From positions 32,001-96,000 of the IMG/VR virus record IMGVR_UViG_3300048997_000225: DNA of 64,000 nucleotides; one strand, given 5' to 3'. The notes under the pieces are model-generated. The model was not told the DNA's origin. It made no database searches and worked only from the letters and a program-made list of their open reading frames with translations. Origin of the DNA: a virus. The stretch's first letter is position 1. Every line of letters begins with the position of its first letter. The position numbers and the translations under genes were made by a program. Of the stretch, positions 58,490 to 64,000 are shown in pieces.

Positions 58490-60763
58490 TTATCCGATAG
58501 ATATCGTTGGGATACCTAAGAGGGGTAGCCCTGTCACGTAATCACGAGCTATCGAAGGTGGTCCTGGAGCACCGGCTACTGCGAACCCGATAGATATCAA
58601 TCCGATTTTAGTAACTGGAGCAGCAATATTAGCTACGCCACTAGAAGCCATAGTAGCAGAAGCTCCACCAAGCATAGTAGCTGTACCGGCACTTGCCATG
58701 AGTGATAAATTCCCTGCTCCAACTGTAGCAGCAAAGTTTCCGGTTCCAACTGTAGCAGCAATATTCCCAGCTGCTGCTGTCATAGCAATATTCCCAGCTG
58801 TTACAGTATCTGCAATCCCAGTACCGGCAACAACTGTGCGAGCAATCCCGCCAGCCAATACTGTAGTACTATCAACACCAGCCAACATTAATTTAGTATC
58901 ATTCAATGCAAATGTTGATTGACGGAGCTGCCCATATAATTCGGTAGTTTTACCGAGTGTAGTCCGATTGGCATCACCAGCCACTTTATGTTTATATCCA
59001 CCAAATCCTATATTATGCGTAATCGAAAATGCCTCGACCGCTTCTAATCCACCAACGCTCCGGACAATATTCCCGCCAATTATGTCAATTTTAGAACCAC
59101 TCACTCCAGTATAATCAGATCCACCAATAGTCGTTTCACGACCATGCGTTCCGGCGTAAGTTGTCTTGATTTTTCCACGCAGTATCAAATCAACTGACAC
59201 TGACTGTGGATCATCAGAATTGGAGCGATCTTGGAAAGATCCAATATCGAGTTTTACTCCACCTAAAGTACGAATATCCAGACTAGTTTGCGTGTTTTCA
59301 TCAATACCAATTATAGCTTTGATTAAACCAAGTATATTAGCATCAATCGATTTACCTTTATCTTGCGGCGTAGTAGACTGGGACTTTGGAACATGTAAAA
59401 ATACACGGCCTTCTTTAGTAATCCCAAATGCAAATTGATTACTAGAAGTTGGACTTTGAATCCTGAATAATCGAGCCAACGCTTTGGTGTCGGCTTCAAT
59501 CTGGCTTGTTATAATATCGACCGGTTCAAATATTGGAGCAGGGGAGTTAGATCCTTGATCTGGATCATCAAACACTCGCATCGTAAGGATTTTCTTATAT
59601 AGAGCTCGGCCGGATTCCGTATAAGCATCATTTCCAACTACTGTCCCATGGACATCTTCTATATATAATGGCGGAATAAGATCGATTTGGACTCCATCAC
59701 CATCTTCTGTTACAGCCATAACTCCGTCATGAGTATGACGGAGTTCCATTCTATCTTCTACGTAACATTGATCTGTATCGGTAAATGATAAATCAGACTC
59801 CCCCATAACAATATGGCTAGTACGTTGTCCGTCTGGGAGAATTGAAAATGGATATAGTAAATTATCTGGATCGATCCCAACCGCTTCTATCGGTGTTCCA
59901 TCTTGATTGATAAGGCCAAATTCTAATAGTTTCTGATATGCAGGAGACCCAATATCAATCTTAGTAACCATCGATCGAAGATCGGTACCTGATTCATCGG
60001 TATTAGTTATGAATTTATTTTCAATTTTAACATCGAAATCATCAGTAATAGGATTAAATCCAGAAATTGCTAAATCCGGCAGAAAATTGAAAGAATTCCG
60101 GCGAATTAGACCTCGTCTATAATAACCAGCCGAATTACTAGTAAATTCATTTATGGTTTGTAAGATAGCTGTTTGATCTGAATCTCGCAATAAATACTCA
60201 TTACCAGCCCGATTCATCATATGAATATTTCTATCCATTAATGAATCGGCACCAGATGAAGAACTAGCTATCCAATCCCCAGCATATCCTTTCCGAGATT
60301 TCAGACGAATGACATCTAGATTAATATGTGGATCATTTGCTAATTCCGGAAGAGTCCGTCTAACTTCTTCAGCATCTGACGGATCAACTGTAGAAAATGG
60401 TTCAAATTCACGACTTGGATAAACACCAACTGTGACAAATTGAACAATATATGGGGCGAATGCACGATTGCTATATCGGCGCCATCCTATGACGACTTTG
60501 GAATGTCTCTCAGGTAAATTCCCAGACCAAGATCGAGGTCCACATCCACCAGGAGCTGGAATAGGAACATCAAATCTTTCCCCAGTTCCGGATTCTAATT
60601 GAATGGAACATACCATAGTTTCGGAATCTACATGTAAAATCCGACCCATCCACAAGAGACTATGAGCAAAATCTGTATCTTGAGATTGCGCTCGAGCTCC
60701 ACCTATAAATTTGGGATCCGAGGTTAAGGGTAATTCTGGTCTAAATTTAGGGTCTCGGACCAT
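58490..60763 (-). CDS. baseplate central spike (gp5/gpV/VgrG-like)
   Basis: N-terminal OB-fold pattern GRILHVD..T..C.I...P....VVIGW; C-terminal short-period beta repeats (AGNIAMTA, AGNIAATV, TGNFAATV, AGNLSLMA). Confidence 0.75.
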   Translation of the reverse strand: MVRDPKFRPELPLTSDPKFIGGARAQSQDTDFAHSLLWMGRILHVDSETMVCSIQLESGTGERFDVPIPAPGGCGPRSWSGNLPERHSKVVIGWRRYSNRAFAPYIVQFVTVGVYPSREFEPFSTVDPSDAEEVRRTLPELANDPHINLDVIRLKSRKGYAGDWIASSSSGADSLMDRNIHMMNRAGNEYLLRDSDQTAILQTINEFTSNSAGYYRRGLIRRNSFNFLPDLAISGFNPITDDFDVKIENKFITNTDESGTDLRSMVTKIDIGSPAYQKLLEFGLINQDGTPIEAVGIDPDNLLYPFSILPDGQRTSHIVMGESDLSFTDTDQCYVEDRMELRHTHDGVMAVTEDGDGVQIDLIPPLYIEDVHGTVVGNDAYTESGRALYKKILTMRVFDDPDQGSNSPAPIFEPVDIITSQIEADTKALARLFRIQSPTSSNQFAFGITKEGRVFLHVPKSQSTTPQDKGKSIDANILGLIKAIIGIDENTQTSLDIRTLGGVKLDIGSFQDRSNSDDPQSVSVDLILRGKIKTTYAGTHGRETTIGGSDYTGVSGSKIDIIGGNIVRSVGGLEAVEAFSITHNIGFGGYKHKVAGDANRTTLGKTTELYGQLRQSTFALNDTKLMLAGVDSTTVLAGGIARTVVAGTGIADTVTAGNIAMTAAAGNIAATVGTGNFAATVGAGNLSLMASAGTATMLGGASATMASSGVANIAAPVTKIGLISIGFAVAGAPGPPSIARDYVTGLPLLGIPTISIG

Positions 60764-60765
60764 CT

Positions 60766-60776
60766 AGTACAGTACT
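60766..60776. promoter_or_regulatory. AGTACTGTACT motif (minus strand), second copy
   Basis: Between the AGGAG SD and the spike ATG, 2 nt before the start, in a divergent intergenic gap. Confidence 0.45.
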
Positions 60777-60797
60777 CCTATATGAGGCAGAAATAAA

Positions 60798-61181
60798 ATG
60801 GCATTGATTCGAGCAACAACTATTGATGGACGTTGGGTAGAACCCGCCCGATGGGATGTTAATCCCGAAATAATCCTTAAAGAAGGACAAGAATTTAACA
60901 TATCATTTCCAGTTCAAAATGATGTTTTCTTTAATTTCATATCTAAAAGCCAAAAGCAAGATTTTAGTGTTGATATAACAGACAAAATAAAAACTGTCAC
61001 ATTGATATTCACGATTAAAAACATCAAACATTTGCTCGATACAGAGAATATTAAACCTGAATTGGAATCATTGATAATATTAGTCCCGAACAATCGAATG
61101 GTAGAAAATATATTCCTATTCTTAATGTCGCCAGAAATGTGCAGTCCTAAATTTATTGAGATTATGAAGGAGAAAACTTAA
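60798..61181 (+). CDS. hypothetical protein inserted in opposite orientation (moron-like)
   Basis: GAGG SD, 127 aa, AT-rich; its stop overlaps the hub stop (TTAA). Confidence 0.65.
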   Translation: MALIRATTIDGRWVEPARWDVNPEIILKEGQEFNISFPVQNDVFFNFISKSQKQDFSVDITDKIKTVTLIFTIKNIKHLLDTENIKPELESLIILVPNNRMVENIFLFLMSPEMCSPKFIEIMKEKT

Positions 61182-64000
61182 TCGGTAGTGAATCCGGGAT
61201 TGATGGTCTCTCCTATACGTGGCGATCGGCCTGGCGGTTGGAATTGCGGTTTAATATGAATTGGCTTCGGACTAGATGAATTGGATGAAACACTAATCCC
61301 AGGAGTCACTAACCCGCCTTTGGCTGCATCAAAAATAGAACCTGGTAAGTTGATTATAGATTGTCCTAACTGGTCAGTTGGACCACCACTTTTAAATTGA
61401 TCTTTAAAATTCTGCAAAGATCGTTGAGTTTGTCCGAATGAAAATTGCGCGTCGCCTTGTAGGGCTTGTAGGGCTTGTGGATCGCCTAATGCTGCTCTAT
61501 CGAACAATGTGTTCTTAGGATCGCCTATAATATTATTAGATTCTTGCCCTTCATTCGGCCGTGTTATAGTTCTGCCACCACCAATTGCATATTGTTCGCG
61601 TTTAGTGTTTTCTTGATATTCAGTTGTGAACTTACTGATCAAGAAATTGCGTAATACTTCAAAAAATCCTTGTGGTCCAGATAATGTAAAATTATCGCCT
61701 TCTGACACATTAGAAGATTGAGAAATTCCAGAACTCGCCGCGGCGTCAGCAGCAGCAAGATTAGTTTCATCAGTAATCGTCGGATCAGAGTTTATGGACT
61801 GAACAGGATTTAAAAGTTGCCTAATTAAAGTCTGTGGAAGAACTGATAACCATGATGTCTTCCCGAGATCACATTGGCAACGATTAAATCCAACAGCACC
61901 TAAACCATTATTAGTAGTCGGTTGCATTTCTGCTAAAGAAACCGCTCTTCGAATCGCGTCAGCTTCGGCAAATACAGCTTTCCCAGAATTAGATACAGAC
62001 GAATTGATAGCATCCGTATAAGTTTGTTGCCCAGTCGGACTGACATCTTGGAAACTATTGGATTTCTGGTAATTCGCACCTTTGAATGAAGCTCCAGTCA
62101 TGTATTCATCAGGACCCATTTTCTCGAATGCTTCAGCAAACGTCGTAGATTGTGGTCCTAAATTATCTTGGATTGGATTATCAGTCAGTAATCCGCCATG
62201 AGCTGCAAATTGAATATTTAATTGATTAACTGTGGTTTTAGGATTTTGATCAATCTCATTAGGGTTAGGTATTTGGACTTTGCCACGATCAATAAAAGCA
62301 CCACGACCATATCTATAATGACCAATGACTTCAAAGCCGAATTCATCGGATACTGGTCTGATCATTATGTTAATAGATGTTAATTTCCGAATAGCAGAAC
62401 TACTGGTTTGTAAAGCTGCTTTCTGGGTTCGAATATCGTCCAAAGAAAATTGTGCGGTTTTGACAACGGCTTTCGCTCTATCAACTATAGCTTTACGTTG
62501 TTTAGCATCTTCGGATAATTCTCCATTTACAGGAGGATTTTTCTTAATGAATATATCATACTCAGTCTCAGCGTGTTTCTGATCCTTAATTGCCGTTTTA
62601 GTATCTTTCAATAATTGTTTTTCTTGATTAGATAACTCGGTTATTTTGACCGAGTTTGCATCAAATTTTTTCTTATTAATAATAGTTTGATCATCGGTCC
62701 CACTTGTCGAAATAGCGCCTTCCGGGTCTTGCGTGCCTGAACCCCATAAAATGGAATCCGCTGGAATTATAGATAGTTCCTTAAATACACCATCAACATC
62801 ATGAGCATAATCATATGCTCCAGCGTTCGTCATCCCGGCTTCATATCTACGAGATCGTAATCTGTCGATGACTTCCATACGTTTTTCATTCTGCAACATA
62901 GTAAATGTTGAACGAACGGTTTGATCGTACGAAAAGTCTGGGCCTTCCGGTTTATTTTTATCTTGGGTCTTAGGATTATGAGATTTAGTAGATCCGGTTT
63001 GTTCAAGAACTCGTGATAATACTTGTCCGTTTAAAGTCTGTCGATACACCATAACGGCATTAGGAAATCCTAATAATTTCCCAGTCTTCGTATCTCTTAA
63101 AACAGCAGGACCACCAAAATCTGCATCTTGTCCAGTATGAGTAAGTCCACTTGTCCCACCAACATTAGATGGAAAATCAACTTGATATGTAGATTCAGAT
63201 CTCACTTCAACTTTCTTAGTAACAGGATCTTTAGAAGATACAGATCGAGATTTGGAATGAGTTATTCGTCCGATGTTCTTTGGTGCAATAAATTTGGAGC
63301 GCTTAGCTGTTAAAGTTAGAGTTGTTGTTGCTTGCGAACCCGGTGAGAAATTGTGTGATATGCCTTGAACATAAAAGAAAGCGTCGAATCTAGGGATCCA
63401 AACCGGAAAACCCATACGGAGTTCTGGTCGCATTGGGATGGTGATAGTCCCTTGTATACGTTTGGAATTTATTTTATCGATTTGATCAAGTAAATGATAA
63501 AATAATCGTTTAGCATTTCCAGCCCATTCAACTTGAACATCTAATCTACGCCACCCATAACGCTTCAATAAATGCCAGTCAATAACGCCTGTTCGAGGAG
63601 TAGTTATATCATCATTCAATCCCCAATCAGTCGTTCCTCCGAATGCATTGCCATGTGATGTGACGTGAGTATAAACTTCTTGTTCAGAATCAGTTATACT
63701 TTCGTCAATAATTTCAAAATCTTGAATCCAGGATACTGGTTTATTCGGAATAACATTTAAATTATAAAATGGAGGCTTGAATACAATATCGCCAGTAGTA
63801 TCGCAATAGAATTCATATCCACCAGCTTGATCTCGAGCTGTCAAAGCAATAGACAATTTGCTTTGAGTTTCATTTTGGAAAAAATCTATATCACCAGCGC
63901 GAGCCATTTCTACTTTGAAAGCTGCTATCTCATGCGGTTGAATTTTAAATAATGATGTTTCGCTATTCAGCGATAAACTTTGAGCTTCCTGTTCAAAGAT
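61178..64000 (-). CDS. baseplate hub protein (gp27/gpD-like), 5' end beyond the window
   Basis: YEFYCD..G.IVFKPP and GTITIPMRPELRMG.P...FYVQGISH...TTLTL hub motifs; frame is open from 63907 to the window edge. Confidence 0.78.
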   Translation of the reverse strand: MFEQEAQSLSLNSETSLFKIQPHEIAAFKVEMARAGDIDFFQNETQSKLSIALTARDQAGGYEFYCDTTGDIVFKPPFYNLNVIPNKPVSWIQDFEIIDESITDSEQEVYTHVTSHGNAFGGTTDWGLNDDITTPRTGVIDWHLLKRYGWRRLDVQVEWAGNAKRLFYHLLDQIDKINSKRIQGTITIPMRPELRMGFPVWIPRFDAFFYVQGISHNFSPGSQATTTLTLTAKRSKFIAPKNIGRITHSKSRSVSSKDPVTKKVEVRSESTYQVDFPSNVGGTSGLTHTGQDADFGGPAVLRDTKTGKLLGFPNAVMVYRQTLNGQVLSRVLEQTGSTKSHNPKTQDKNKPEGPDFSYDQTVRSTFTMLQNEKRMEVIDRLRSRRYEAGMTNAGAYDYAHDVDGVFKELSIIPADSILWGSGTQDPEGAISTSGTDDQTIINKKKFDANSVKITELSNQEKQLLKDTKTAIKDQKHAETEYDIFIKKNPPVNGELSEDAKQRKAIVDRAKAVVKTAQFSLDDIRTQKAALQTSSSAIRKLTSINIMIRPVSDEFGFEVIGHYRYGRGAFIDRGKVQIPNPNEIDQNPKTTVNQLNIQFAAHGGLLTDNPIQDNLGPQSTTFAEAFEKMGPDEYMTGASFKGANYQKSNSFQDVSPTGQQTYTDAINSSVSNSGKAVFAEADAIRRAVSLAEMQPTTNNGLGAVGFNRCQCDLGKTSWLSVLPQTLIRQLLNPVQSINSDPTITDETNLAAADAAASSGISQSSNVSEGDNFTLSGPQGFFEVLRNFLISKFTTEYQENTKREQYAIGGGRTITRPNEGQESNNIIGDPKNTLFDRAALGDPQALQALQGDAQFSFGQTQRSLQNFKDQFKSGGPTDQLGQSIINLPGSIFDAAKGGLVTPGISVSSNSSSPKPIHIKPQFQPPGRSPRIGETINPGFTTD

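Noticed and set aside
18000-63400. Many 60-190-aa plus-strand ORFs antisense to structural genes
   Set aside because: Fully nested opposite long ORFs, as expected from codon bias; only 60798-61181 occupies its own space
17657-64000. Interpretation as an eCIS, tailocin or T6SS locus
   Set aside because: It is contiguous with phage-type polymerase, helicase and nucleotide genes, with no toxin or membrane-complex genes; a large myovirus is the simpler reading
1-64000. Stop-codon reassignment, tRNA or rRNA genes
   Set aside because: Coding density is high under the standard code, with TAA, TGA and TAG all ending genes; no cloverleaf or rRNA-like sequence was seen in the short gaps

Overview
A 64-kb segment of an AT-rich (roughly 35-40% GC by eye) large or jumbo contractile-tailed phage, densely coding and almost all on the minus strand. 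Left (~1.5-15.5 kb) is a nucleotide and replication module: ThyX-like protein lacking catalytic motifs, dCTP deaminase, family A DNA polymerase, Zn-repeat homing-type endonuclease, DnaJ, stand-alone primase Zn-binding domain, intein-containing DnaB helicase, degenerate DnaC-like loader and SNF2 helicase. A three-gene envelope cassette follows (15.5-17.6 kb). The remaining ~46 kb is a virion baseplate and fibre module: beta-helix spike, two paralogous wedge-like proteins, two His-repeat proteins, collagen/LamG fibre, gpI-, gpJ- and gp25-like wedge proteins, central spike, and a hub running off the right edge. Most notable: (1) an H-x6-H-x3-D helical repeat in 24 copies across two adjacent virion genes, grouped in multiples of three; (2) an endonuclease gene bracketed by a duplication of the polymerase start region; (3) a structural gene needing a +1 frameshift at UUU_UUU_CGG; (4) a perfect 36-bp intergenic palindrome; (5) an AGTACWGTACT motif 2 nt before ATG in two divergent regions. 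All assignments come from motif recognition by eye; no searches were run.
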